A DNA stretch of 64,000 bases, from UHGV virus genome UHGV-1352889; one strand, 5' to 3'. The stretch is from a virus. The position numbers were made by a program, and so were the translations under genes. Shown here piece by piece: positions 28,962-38,107 of the stretch (the stretch's first letter is position 1; each line of letters starts with the position of its first letter). The notes under the pieces are model-generated. The model was given only the letters and a program-made list of their open reading frames with translations. It made no database searches and was not told the origin of the DNA.

Positions 28962-29774
28962 TCAAAGTGTCGTGAACTGTAATCCCTTAAACCATTGATT
29001 CATTTGGGAGATTTCGGGAGCGGCAACGTAGGGGGTCCAACAGTAATAACTTCCAAGGCAGTCAACTTCTACTCCACCTATCGTGGTGCTCCATGTGACT
29101 GTTCGCATGGAAGCCTTATTCCCATTCGCCCAATATTTAATGGGGTAGCCTACATAGGCAAGTATCGAAAAGGTCTGCCATACACCAGAGGATGTTTTTC
29201 TCTCATACTTGAAGCTTAAATCGATACTTACATCCAGATAAACTGCTCCACTTTCTGATTCAATATACCACATATTATCCATAAATCCGCTTCCATAATG
29301 TGGTCCGTATATACTGTTTTGGTATAGCCAGCCGTCGTCATAGTAGGGCCAATCGCGGGCTTCCTGCAATGTGACTTCATGTGGAGTAATTTCAGTTCCT
29401 TCCGGCACTCCCTGCCATGCGAACCAAAGTGCTGGCTCGTATACTCGATATTGAGTACGAGCATCGACGCCTCCGGGAATGCCATTCTGACTAGGCAACT
29501 TCGCCGGAAGCGCGATGGAGTTAAATCCTTTCAATGTGTTGAAGACTTTCCACGCGTCCACAAGGTTCTTGCACTTAATCCCCGGTTTATGCGTTGCGTT
29601 TGGTGAAATAGCTACGGCTCGACCTAGAGGTACAGGAAGCCCGGAAACCGTGGGTCCTTGGGTTCCATACCACAAACTACTTTTATATTGTTCAGTGTAG
29701 TCAGGATTATTCTTCCTCATTAAAACCGAAATATCCTTCGACGAGTTCGTGGGGAGTAAGAGGTGAGACTTCAT
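28962..29774 (-). CDS. hypothetical protein, Trp/Tyr-rich (270 aa)
   Basis: ORF; stop/start overlap with upstream gene. Confidence 0.55.
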   Translation of the reverse strand: MKSHLLLPTNSSKDISVLMRKNNPDYTEQYKSSLWYGTQGPTVSGLPVPLGRAVAISPNATHKPGIKCKNLVDAWKVFNTLKGFNSIALPAKLPSQNGIPGGVDARTQYRVYEPALWFAWQGVPEGTEITPHEVTLQEARDWPYYDDGWLYQNSIYGPHYGSGFMDNMWYIESESGAVYLDVSIDLSFKYERKTSSGVWQTFSILAYVGYPIKYWANGNKASMRTVTWSTTIGGVEVDCLGSYYCWTPYVAAPEISQMNQWFKGLQFTTL

Positions 29775-30802
29775 GGTGCTACGGTAGAAACTTCTGCATA
29801 TTGCCCAACACGTCCGCTTACTCCATCCACGTAGCCACTATACCAGACGGCGGCCAGTCCAGTATTGACCAGCTGGGATTTCACGGTTGCGTCGAGACTA
29901 TTGTCCTGCGGGTTTCGCGTTACTGTCAGGATGGCAATCGCGCATTTGCTCTTACCCGTTCCCTCGGCACTCTCAATCGGAGTGATTACCTCCTTACCAT
30001 CCCACGGCTTATCATCAACAACCAGCTTGGCGTTCGTCACGGTATTGGCGGGCCAAGTGTATTCCCATTCAAGGAGTACGGGAAGTTCACCGTCGGTTAC
30101 GATTTCCTTCTTAGCCGCGCCGTCTTTGAACCCGGCAATCTCCACCTTCTTCCGTTCGGTATCACGGAAACCGCCCGGCTCGATAACTGCGTAGGTATGC
30201 CAGTTCTTGTTTGCGTCCTGCTCCTTAGTCGTCGTGACCTTGTATGGGAACTTGCCGCCACCGCCGCCGCCTCCAATGAAGATAGCACCTCGGTGAAGTT
30301 GCTGGATATATCCGTTCCTGCCCTTGCTCATCCTCGCAATGGGGACGGAGAAGTCCGCGCTGGTGTCTTTCTTACTAGACACGGTGGAGGACTTGCGGTC
30401 GGATTTAACATTGACATACCAGATAATATCCTTATCCAATGGTGCCTTCTCTCCACTATCCACTGCCTTCAACGTCCCCGGCGCACCACCAATTTCATGC
30501 ACCTCATTATCATCAATGACAACACCGCAGGTGTACATGACCTTTGCGTTAGGTCCGGAATCCGTTGGGTCATACACGACGGAGAACATGCTCTCTTCCC
30601 TGTTGCGCATGAGGGGGTCATCATTATATACCGGGGTATGGAACGTCCCTATATCACTATCCCCATAGACAGGGGCAATCGGGTCCGGCATTGAATCAAA
30701 CGGCGGGGCCTCATTAAACATCTCCGTACCCACGGGAACCGAGGGTACGGGATGATTAAAGAGGTCAGGAGCTTGTGGAATCTCGCTGTACTCTTCTGCC
30801 AT
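29771..30802 (-). CDS. hypothetical protein with Gly7 tract (343 aa)
   Basis: ORF; internal IGGGGGGGK. Confidence 0.55.
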   Translation of the reverse strand: MAEEYSEIPQAPDLFNHPVPSVPVGTEMFNEAPPFDSMPDPIAPVYGDSDIGTFHTPVYNDDPLMRNREESMFSVVYDPTDSGPNAKVMYTCGVVIDDNEVHEIGGAPGTLKAVDSGEKAPLDKDIIWYVNVKSDRKSSTVSSKKDTSADFSVPIARMSKGRNGYIQQLHRGAIFIGGGGGGGKFPYKVTTTKEQDANKNWHTYAVIEPGGFRDTERKKVEIAGFKDGAAKKEIVTDGELPVLLEWEYTWPANTVTNAKLVVDDKPWDGKEVITPIESAEGTGKSKCAIAILTVTRNPQDNSLDATVKSQLVNTGLAAVWYSGYVDGVSGRVGQYAEVSTVAP

Positions 30803-30803
30803 A

Positions 30804-31238
30804 TTATTTGCAGTATTCTTTGGAGGGGATTACCACCGGACCTGCATCCGTCTTGGGCTGTTCCTGCGTAAAGGTCAACCTTCCGGGGCTAACGATTACA
30901 CAGGATTCTCCATTGCAGATAACTGCGCGGTCCTTACTCACATCCGCGTAGGTGCAACTACTCTGCCCCAATGCTCCAAACATGGCTAAAGCTCCAAGGG
31001 CGGCACTAATAATCCCGGAGATGATAGTCTTGTACTTGCCGGGTACACCAAGCTGGACACAGTACTTCGCCGTCAGCTGGGCAAAGATGTCAGCCTCTCC
31101 CTTGATTAGTTTGCCCGCCATGTTCATGTAGGGCTTCTTCTTTACCGCGGTGAGCTGGTCCCACGGGGTTGGAAGTTCAGCCATGCTATAGAGCTTGGCC
31201 GCGACTTCTGCCTGTTCATTGAGATTATTTTTTTCCAT
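30804..31238 (-). CDS. hypothetical protein with central hydrophobic helix (144 aa)
   Basis: IISGIISAALGALAMFGALG segment. Confidence 0.45.
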   Translation of the reverse strand: MEKNNLNEQAEVAAKLYSMAELPTPWDQLTAVKKKPYMNMAGKLIKGEADIFAQLTAKYCVQLGVPGKYKTIISGIISAALGALAMFGALGQSSCTYADVSKDRAVICNGESCVIVSPGRLTFTQEQPKTDAGPVVIPSKEYCK

Positions 31239-31246
31239 GTCGTTGA

Positions 31247-31600
31247 TTAGATTGTTTGTGGCCGGAAGATGTCACGACAGAAAGTGATACCTTTCGGAGT
31301 TAGTTTACTTTTAGTTTGTTTCCTCGACCCCCTCACTCCCTCGTATTCAATATACCCTTTTTCTTCCAGCTTGCGCAGGACATAGTAGAGAGATGATATC
31401 TGGATGCGAGTACCCCTGCTAATTTCCGGGTTACTATGCTCACTCTCAAATCCATTGGCGTGCATGTACAGAAGAACACGTATGTTATCAATGGTGAGGG
31501 AGAAGTCAAGGAGGTCGATATTCAGAAGGAGACCGAGCAAGGTTTGTTGATTGCTCTGGCCCTTCTGCACTGTTCTGGTTGTGGAGTAGGTCGTTCTCAT
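31247..31600 (-). CDS. PadR-like winged-helix transcriptional regulator (117 aa)
   Basis: …EISRGTRIQISSLYYVLRKLEEKGYIEY… matches the PadR recognition-helix/wing signature (lYpaLkrLEekGli). Confidence 0.5.
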   Translation of the reverse strand: MRTTYSTTRTVQKGQSNQQTLLGLLLNIDLLDFSLTIDNIRVLLYMHANGFESEHSNPEISRGTRIQISSLYYVLRKLEEKGYIEYEGVRGSRKQTKSKLTPKGITFCRDIFRPQTI

Positions 31601-32073
31601 ATGCCAGAGCTATCTAAACCCAAATGAGAAAGGAGGTCAAGCAAATTGTACGCAAACCGTGTCCTACGACCGCGAGGGTCGCTGTCGTCACGATACCGTA
31701 CACGTTGAACCTTGCCCCGCTTGAATAGGGTGGTCAGATACGCCGGAGACTTCAAGCCCGTAGATTCCAATGCGGTAGCTACATCAACGTACCCTTCCGG
31801 GATGCTGTCATATAGACCTTTGACCTGCATCTGAATATATTCATTGGCTCCTTCCCCTTCCCAGTACATGGTATGCCCACAACGAACGTGTTTGACCTTC
31901 AATCGGTTCAGGGCGTGAATTACCCACACGGAGCTTCTCCCGATTTTATCGGCAATCTCCCCAGTGGCAATGTAGCCCCGTGGCACGTTCTTTACCGGGG
32001 GAGTACTATGCCGCGGCCTCCGTGGATGTTTCAATCCGGGATGGACGATTAGTCCTCTACTGTTCTTCTTCAT
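31597..32073 (-). CDS. HTH-containing protein (158 aa)
   Basis: IATGEIADKIGRSSVWVIHALNRL helix-turn-helix-like segment. Confidence 0.45.
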   Translation of the reverse strand: MKKNSRGLIVHPGLKHPRRPRHSTPPVKNVPRGYIATGEIADKIGRSSVWVIHALNRLKVKHVRCGHTMYWEGEGANEYIQMQVKGLYDSIPEGYVDVATALESTGLKSPAYLTTLFKRGKVQRVRYRDDSDPRGRRTRFAYNLLDLLSHLGLDSSGI

Positions 32074-32160
32074 GCAGGGGTTAAGTCGTTGTCGTTATTG
32101 TTCTCGATGATGTAGTAGAAGAGAATACCGAGAAGGAATCCAGTGAGTGTGTACATGCGT

Positions 32161-32391
32161 TTAGCGGGTGAATTTGACTGCATGGTTCAATGCGTCATTA
32201 GGGATTAGGAGGATTTCATCCCCGGTCGTATAACTACCGTTGTACGGTACGACAAAGGAATATCCTCGTTTGAGGATTGTATCGAGTAGCTCTGTGTCAG
32301 AGGCTAGACCGACTTCGATAGGGGAGAGAATGCGCTCGTCAATGAGGAATTGGCGAAGCCCTTTAATTTGTCCGATGTATGGTAGGTTCAT
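32161..32391 (-). CDS. hypothetical small protein (76 aa)
   Basis: ORF. Confidence 0.4.
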   Translation of the reverse strand: MNLPYIGQIKGLRQFLIDERILSPIEVGLASDTELLDTILKRGYSFVVPYNGSYTTGDEILLIPNDALNHAVKFTR

Positions 32392-32488
32392 GAGATGAAA
32401 TGTTATGCGGCGAGGTCTCCCTCCGCGATTAGTATGGAGTTAATGGGGAGGACGAATCCTCCCCCGCTAATGGTTATCCAGTGGTCGT

Positions 32489-33523
32489 TCATTTTTCTTG
32501 GGACTTCATAGTTAATATGAAGCTATTCCAGCGGGCTACCGCTTCTTCGCGAGTGCGGCCATGAATGGAAAAGCTATGAGGAAGGAGCTTGACCCCGTTG
32601 CAGACGACATAGCAATGTTCCTCTCCGGGATAGATGGTTTCCCCCACGACCTCCGGGATTTCTCCGCAGTAGAAGCAAGGACGTGGATGGGCGTCGCAGG
32701 CTTCAAAATGCCGTCGCACCTCTTGCCCCACTCTTTCGACAAACATATCAACAATATGCTTCGGCACAATTTCTGTGACCCCGGAATCCGTGGAATCCAC
32801 GGGTCCCCCGGTGCCTTCGTCCTCGGATTCCGTGGCTTCCTCGTAGTTCAGGGGATGGTCCAGCCCCTCGTCGAAACAGGAAGCACAGGGTCCCACGGTT
32901 CCGGGCAAGTCCCCATACTTACAGGTAGCGCAGGGGGAGAGGACATCCTCTTCATCCCCTTTATCCTCTTCATATTCCGGGTACTCAATTCCCCGCTCCT
33001 GTCGGCAATGAGAGCATGGAGGATTGCAACGGAGGTTATCCCGGTGAGTGCAAGTATTGCACGGTTCGATGACATCGTCGTTCTCGTCCGTACCTTCGGC
33101 ACATGGCGCAGATTCATCCGGGGTATAATTCTGATAGCCGTTGCAGGAGATGCAGGGTTCCTCTTCGATAGATTTCCCCTTATATTTACATGTCTGACAG
33201 GTCTGCCCCGTCATCTCGGCTTCTCTCCGCTTTGCTTCTTCCCGCTTCATCATCTCCACCTCTACCAACTTGTTGGTATCGAAGGTGTAGCAGGGAAGTC
33301 CGGGAGTGAGAGCACACTTCTGGCAGGGGGATTGCACCAGCAAGGTATCACGGAATTTGCAGAGGGAGCACCTCCGTGCATCCTCGCTTGCCGCGGTGTC
33401 CGTCGCTTGCGTGGATTCCGTGGATTCAAAGTGGCTAAAGTACATGTCACAACTGGCGCAGGGTTCCGCGGTTTCGGGGAAGTTGCTGTATGCGCAGGTC
33501 CAACAATTTGGTTCGTCGGTCAT
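32489..33523 (-). CDS. multi-zinc-ribbon protein: five tandem CxxC-x11-14-CxxC modules plus C-terminal Lar-like (restriction alleviation family) domain
   Basis: CWTC…CASC / CSLC…CQKC / CQTC…CISC / CNTC…CSHC / CATC…CASC separated by acidic linkers; terminal CFYCGE…HCYVVCNG…EEAVARWN matches the Lar-family pattern CPFCGG…C..CG…EAIxAWNxR. Confidence 0.6.
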   Translation of the reverse strand: MTDEPNCWTCAYSNFPETAEPCASCDMYFSHFESTESTQATDTAASEDARRCSLCKFRDTLLVQSPCQKCALTPGLPCYTFDTNKLVEVEMMKREEAKRREAEMTGQTCQTCKYKGKSIEEEPCISCNGYQNYTPDESAPCAEGTDENDDVIEPCNTCTHRDNLRCNPPCSHCRQERGIEYPEYEEDKGDEEDVLSPCATCKYGDLPGTVGPCASCFDEGLDHPLNYEEATESEDEGTGGPVDSTDSGVTEIVPKHIVDMFVERVGQEVRRHFEACDAHPRPCFYCGEIPEVVGETIYPGEEHCYVVCNGVKLLPHSFSIHGRTREEAVARWNSFILTMKSQEK

Positions 33524-33881
33524 TTTCTTTTGATATGCTTCTTAATGGTTTCGATTACCCACAGGGTGAATAGGACGAGGATGCACAGAGTAATTCCTAT
33601 CCATGCAAGGATGTCAGTAATACTAACAAATATCGTTGTGGTCATGGTGAATGTATTTGCTGGGATTTAGTAGGAATAAGAATAGAATTCTTACGAGGAT
33701 AGATGTACTCGTTATGATACAGAATGCAAGGATTAAATTGAGGAAGAGTGTCATACTCCTTCCTCCTTCTGCTTCATACCTGCCCTTAGCCCAGCGTAAT
33801 ACGCGAGGACCATTCCGAGAGCGGCGATGCTCATGGGACATACGATGAAGATAATGAATAAGAGGTAGGCAATCATGGAGG

Positions 33882-34292
33882 TTAATCGATTAGTTTGAGG
33901 TCAAAGAACATAACGGTGTTGAAGTAGTTGACGGTTACTCCATCGATAGCTACCCAGCCATCGCTGTCTTCATCATCGTAAACCGCGTACTCCTGATAGG
34001 GCGTAGGCTCTTCATCATAGCTTACCCAGCCGCGAGGAACGTATTGTACCCTATCCCCTCTCTTGAACGGTCGCCGGGGTTTGGCGGCGTTAGTGCAACC
34101 AGCGCGGACAGATTCTTCTGGCGCATCTAGAATTTCTTCCATCTGGTTAGCAGAGGCCCACTCCGCTAATCCTCCCGAATAGCGTACCTTGTACGGGTAG
34201 GAAGAACGTTCGTTGTCGATTTCCACGACGCGACCGCAAGGGCCGCCGTCGACGCGGACAATCATTCCGAGTTTAATTTGATTCTTTTCCAT
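33882..34292 (-). CDS. hypothetical protein with two SH3/KOW-like GxxVxV segments (136 aa)
   Basis: GMIVRVDGGPCGRVVEI and GDRVQYVPRGWVSY. Confidence 0.45.
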   Translation of the reverse strand: MEKNQIKLGMIVRVDGGPCGRVVEIDNERSSYPYKVRYSGGLAEWASANQMEEILDAPEESVRAGCTNAAKPRRPFKRGDRVQYVPRGWVSYDEEPTPYQEYAVYDDEDSDGWVAIDGVTVNYFNTVMFFDLKLID

Positions 34293-34293
34293 G

Positions 34294-34755
34294 TTAGAAT
34301 TTGATGTTTGGGTATTCGCGGTAAAGTCGATAGCGGGTCATCCACATGAAAACCCCCGTGGTTATGTAGTTAGATACAACAATAAAGAGATACCATGCGG
34401 CAATCCATGCGGAGATAAGAGAGAGGACATAAAGCGGAGGTGCGGGAAGAGTGAAGAGGCACTCGGCAATGATACTTACAGTTAGTCCGATTAGCCCAAA
34501 GATAACCCACTGAACCGAGGTATTGAAGATATGGTTGTATATGTTCTCCATTTCCTTGCGCTCATATAGGGTATACTCGCTTCCTCTCGTCCGGTAGCTA
34601 TTGGTCTCAATACCAATGAGCTTCAAGTGAGCTTTCAGCCTCTTGGCCATCTCGGTGAGGGCAGTACCTCCTAAGCCGCGGAAAGCTACACCCGCAAGCG
34701 CGAAAAGGCCCGCAAGCGCGAAGTATTGTGTGGTTGATAGATGCAATGCGTTCAT
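34294..34755 (-). CDS. membrane protein (153 aa, 3-4 TM helices)
   Basis: Several long hydrophobic stretches (YFALAGLFALAGVAF; VIFGLIGLTVSIIAECLF; ISAWIAAWYLFIVV). Confidence 0.5.
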   Translation of the reverse strand: MNALHLSTTQYFALAGLFALAGVAFRGLGGTALTEMAKRLKAHLKLIGIETNSYRTRGSEYTLYERKEMENIYNHIFNTSVQWVIFGLIGLTVSIIAECLFTLPAPPLYVLSLISAWIAAWYLFIVVSNYITTGVFMWMTRYRLYREYPNIKF

Positions 34756-34773
34756 GATTGTTCTCCTTCTTGG

Positions 34774-35358
34774 TTACTCGGCTTGCTCCATTCCCCACGG
34801 CCATTCAACTATCCTGCTGGGTTCAATGCTTCGTCCGTCTTCCAACAGGATGCGCATGGAGACGCGGGTTCTTCCTGCAACGATTCCGGTATGCCGACGG
34901 AACATACCATCGAAGTACTGGATTTCGGAACCGGGTTGAAGACGCAGAAGCGGAGGACAATGGTCAATGAAGAATCGAGCATTATTCCATGCCTCTTCAT
35001 ACGCTGTCTCCGGGTCATCGTTATCACATCCTTGCACGGCCAGTGAGCAACTCACACATTGAATGAACTCGTAGTTACCCTTCCGTCTTTCTTCCAGCAG
35101 ACCGCCGCAGATAGGACAGAACAGTGGGGGATGTTCTTCCTCTGGGAATGCCTCATCAAAGGCCTTCTCAACTACTGCTTGCGATTCTACGGATTCATCG
35201 CGAAAAGAGAATTCGCTCTTGGTAGGAATGTTCGTTGGGGCCGTGGTATTGGCTTTAACTATTTTCGGGCTAAGGTCTGACATATAAACGTGTGTCAAGC
35301 CATTGGCCTCGTCAATAACAATCTTGGTTATCTGTTTGGGGTTTGATGTCTTGGACAT
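34774..35358 (-). CDS. Lar-like restriction-alleviation family protein with extra C-terminal domain (194 aa)
   Basis: PLFCPICGGLLEERRKGNYEFIQCVSCSLAV…ETAYEEAWNNARF fits the Lar-family zinc ribbon + AWN helix. Confidence 0.55.
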   Translation of the reverse strand: MSKTSNPKQITKIVIDEANGLTHVYMSDLSPKIVKANTTAPTNIPTKSEFSFRDESVESQAVVEKAFDEAFPEEEHPPLFCPICGGLLEERRKGNYEFIQCVSCSLAVQGCDNDDPETAYEEAWNNARFFIDHCPPLLRLQPGSEIQYFDGMFRRHTGIVAGRTRVSMRILLEDGRSIEPSRIVEWPWGMEQAE

Positions 35359-35403
35359 GGCACCACCATATAATAGTTTTATTATTTGTCAAGAAATTAT
35401 TTC

Positions 35404-35436
35404 AATAAAAATCCCCGGAGGGGTTAGCCTCCGGGG
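35404..35436 (-). terminator. rho-independent terminator for minus-strand transcripts
   Basis: Perfect 9-bp stem CCCCGGAGG/CCTCCGGGG with 6-nt loop; A-run on + strand upstream = U-run after hairpin on - strand; sits after stop at 35497. Confidence 0.65.
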
Positions 35437-35496
35437 CGATGTGCTACTTGCGCTTCCAGCCAAGTAAGTCAAGAAGTTCGAGTAAGCTCATGATTA

Positions 35497-35889
35497 TCAT
35501 CCTTTTGTGAAGAAGTTAAAGAAGGATAGTGTACCGCTATCGGTGAGTACGAACTGGGGATATTGGTCAGGGGTAAATATTTTTGTACCCCCGGAATCCC
35601 CGGTAGCCTCGACAGTCAGAAGGACTGCGGGCACCTTGTCCGTCGGGCTGGAAGGAGATGGAACCTCTCCCAATCGTGCCCAAACTTGGCACGCTTGCCA
35701 CTGTTCGTCAAGAGCGGCAATGGCCTCGATAGCCCCCGCGAGGGTGGGTATCTGCTCCTTCGGCAACGTGGTCTCACTGTACTGGTCAAGGTGCGTAAAG
35801 CCCAGTGCGTCCGCGTAGATTACACTCATAATGAGCTTGGTCCAGTCGCCGGGCTGTGGGAATTGAATTTGTATTTCTGCGTTGTTCAT
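35497..35889 (-). CDS. hypothetical protein (130 aa)
   Basis: ORF; start overlaps upstream gene end. Confidence 0.5.
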   Translation of the reverse strand: MNNAEIQIQFPQPGDWTKLIMSVIYADALGFTHLDQYSETTLPKEQIPTLAGAIEAIAALDEQWQACQVWARLGEVPSPSSPTDKVPAVLLTVEATGDSGGTKIFTPDQYPQFVLTDSGTLSFFNFFTKG

Positions 35890-38033
35890 GCCTGTTCAAG
35901 GGGGATGTTAATATCTTCGAAATCCGTGGCTTCCTCGGATTCAATGGCATCGACGGCCATTGCTTCCAGTCCATAAAAGACCGGGTTCGTGCCTCCCGGC
36001 TGGTAATAGGTGTGCTCTCCGTCGCCTGCATAAACAGAAATGTTGCCAGTCGAATTATTCACCACATCAGTTACCCAGCTGATAATGCCGGAGTTTGTCT
36101 CAAAAGTGGAGACGCCGCGGCATGTGGCAATTTTATACAGATTATTCGCCTGACCTCCGGTGAGCATGAGCCAGAGTGCACCTAGATTATCATACTGGGC
36201 AATATTGGCCGAAGCGTTCTGCTGGTAAATAACCTTGGCAATCGTCCAAGGGATGGGTTCGTTTTGACTGGCCGGGATGAAGCTGGTGGTGGTTTTCACC
36301 TGCCAGCCCGCCGTGGAATTGAGCGCGTAAATCTCACGCACCCGCACCGTATAACCGTTACGCTGGGTATCTCTGACGTTGTCAAAGGTAATATCCAGAA
36401 TTTCGCCCTGATTGTACGCCAAATCGTTTGCCGGGATAATACTGTAAGAATCTATGGAAAGGTCGGAACGAACCGTCTTCGCGCCACGGCCAATACCAAA
36501 GGTCAACTTTGCCGCACCAGTAGCACGCCAAACGAAAGAGAACCCTGCGAAACTGGAATAATTCCAGCGGGCATTAACTCCCACAAAGTCTGCCTGAATA
36601 GTCGAATGAGTTCCCGGTGGAACCTTAATAGTAGCTATATGGTATGGGACTGTTTGTGTCACCGTCGAAGTCCCTGTCTTGGTAATGGTCGTCGTATTGA
36701 GGAAAGCATTAGTGGTCAGGATGTTCGCCTCGCTAGCCAATCCCAACGCATAAAAGCGATTAACCGCCCCCGTATTCGTCGGTGCACCCACGGCCAACGG
36801 GATGTTGATGCCGCTGTTGGCATTGGGGGTTTTGGTGAACGTCAGAACACCGCCCACGGAAATGGTGCCGTACATACGGGTTTGGGAGTTGAACGTAACT
36901 ACCCCGTTATGGTTTTCATTTTTGTAGACCCACAAGTCCCCAGACGTATCGATGGTCAATGTCTTATTGTTGACGTTATTGGGGTCAGTTATGGAGAGGA
37001 AACCGTCGGATTCTTCGTAAAGTATGGCTCGCGTAGGACCGCTCTCCTTGCCGAAGAGGATGCACTTCATCTTCTCGCCAGTGGTGGCAACGAAGCTAAT
37101 GCCGTCATCAAAAGTGGTGGGGTTTTGGAACTTGACAGGAATCGCAACGTCCATGTGGGAAGCGTCCGTCCCCTCAATGACTGCGGCTCCGCTACCATCG
37201 CCGTGGATTTTCACCGCGTCATCCCCTTGTCCGAGAACTAAAGGAACTTCGTTTCCGAGAACTAATCCCGCCGTGTTGGTGAAACTCCATGCCCCGGAGA
37301 TTGTCTGGTCACTAGCTGGGTCAAAGCCAGTGCCAGAACCGCCACCCTCACCGGAGCCTAACCTAAAATTTCTGATGGAGACGAAGTAGCCCGCTTCTTC
37401 AATCGTACTACCGAGAGAAAGAATTGCAGAAGTTTCAGTTGCCACAAAGACCAGCTGGTCAGTAGTCTTACCGCCAGCGAGGAATGCCTTAGGATTGTTG
37501 TCGGCTCCTACGCTAAAGAGCGCATAGCTGAATTCCGGATTAGGCTTCGTTTCCATCAAGCCGCCCAAGTCAGGATGCACATTGATAGAGTAGAGCTTAC
37601 CGCTTTCGAGGTTGGAGATTTTGTAGAAACCTTCGGAGACAGGGCCATCACCGTCCAGCGGAAGGGCCTGATACTCTTGGTCGTAGTCGAACCCCAACGG
37701 GTGAAGAGCAATCGTCGCGTGTGCACTTTCGACGGAGGCGTTCTTGTCCTGCGCGTTAGTGGGGACGACGAAGTACTTACCGTTGGGAGATGCAATCTCA
37801 ATCACCTGTCCCGCGACCGAACCATTGATGATGAACTGTTCCGGCGTAATGTTGGACCACAGTTCGTCAGTAGGAGCGGTAGCGGAAAGCTTGAAGAGAC
37901 AGGGAGAACTGGAAGCAAGAAGCCACGCGGTGTGCGTGTCGGCATCGCCCAGCTTATAGGTTACGCCCGGCGTAATAGGAGAACCGTTGACGTAGTTTTC
38001 AATATTGATTTTAGAAGAACGTTTACGTGCCAT
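35886..38033 (-). CDS. tail fibre/tailspike-like protein (715 aa)
   Basis: Gly/Thr/Ser-rich beta composition; GSGEGGGSGTGFDPASD linker; repetitive T-G-x segments. Confidence 0.6.
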   Translation of the reverse strand: MARKRSSKINIENYVNGSPITPGVTYKLGDADTHTAWLLASSSPCLFKLSATAPTDELWSNITPEQFIINGSVAGQVIEIASPNGKYFVVPTNAQDKNASVESAHATIALHPLGFDYDQEYQALPLDGDGPVSEGFYKISNLESGKLYSINVHPDLGGLMETKPNPEFSYALFSVGADNNPKAFLAGGKTTDQLVFVATETSAILSLGSTIEEAGYFVSIRNFRLGSGEGGGSGTGFDPASDQTISGAWSFTNTAGLVLGNEVPLVLGQGDDAVKIHGDGSGAAVIEGTDASHMDVAIPVKFQNPTTFDDGISFVATTGEKMKCILFGKESGPTRAILYEESDGFLSITDPNNVNNKTLTIDTSGDLWVYKNENHNGVVTFNSQTRMYGTISVGGVLTFTKTPNANSGINIPLAVGAPTNTGAVNRFYALGLASEANILTTNAFLNTTTITKTGTSTVTQTVPYHIATIKVPPGTHSTIQADFVGVNARWNYSSFAGFSFVWRATGAAKLTFGIGRGAKTVRSDLSIDSYSIIPANDLAYNQGEILDITFDNVRDTQRNGYTVRVREIYALNSTAGWQVKTTTSFIPASQNEPIPWTIAKVIYQQNASANIAQYDNLGALWLMLTGGQANNLYKIATCRGVSTFETNSGIISWVTDVVNNSTGNISVYAGDGEHTYYQPGGTNPVFYGLEAMAVDAIESEEATDFEDINIPLEQA

Positions 38034-38107
38034 GATAGTAAAAATTTGGGGCTGAACCCATAGAAGTTTAGCTCATGAGTTCAGCCCCGTCAAGGTTTAA
38101 TTGTTGG

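Noticed and set aside
32561-33670. 369-aa plus ORF opposite the multi-zinc-ribbon gene
   Set aside because: The minus frame shows a strictly periodic CxxC…CxxC architecture and a Lar-like terminus; the plus frame has no such structure
36264-37241. 325-aa plus ORF
   Set aside because: Antisense within the 715-aa tail fibre-like gene
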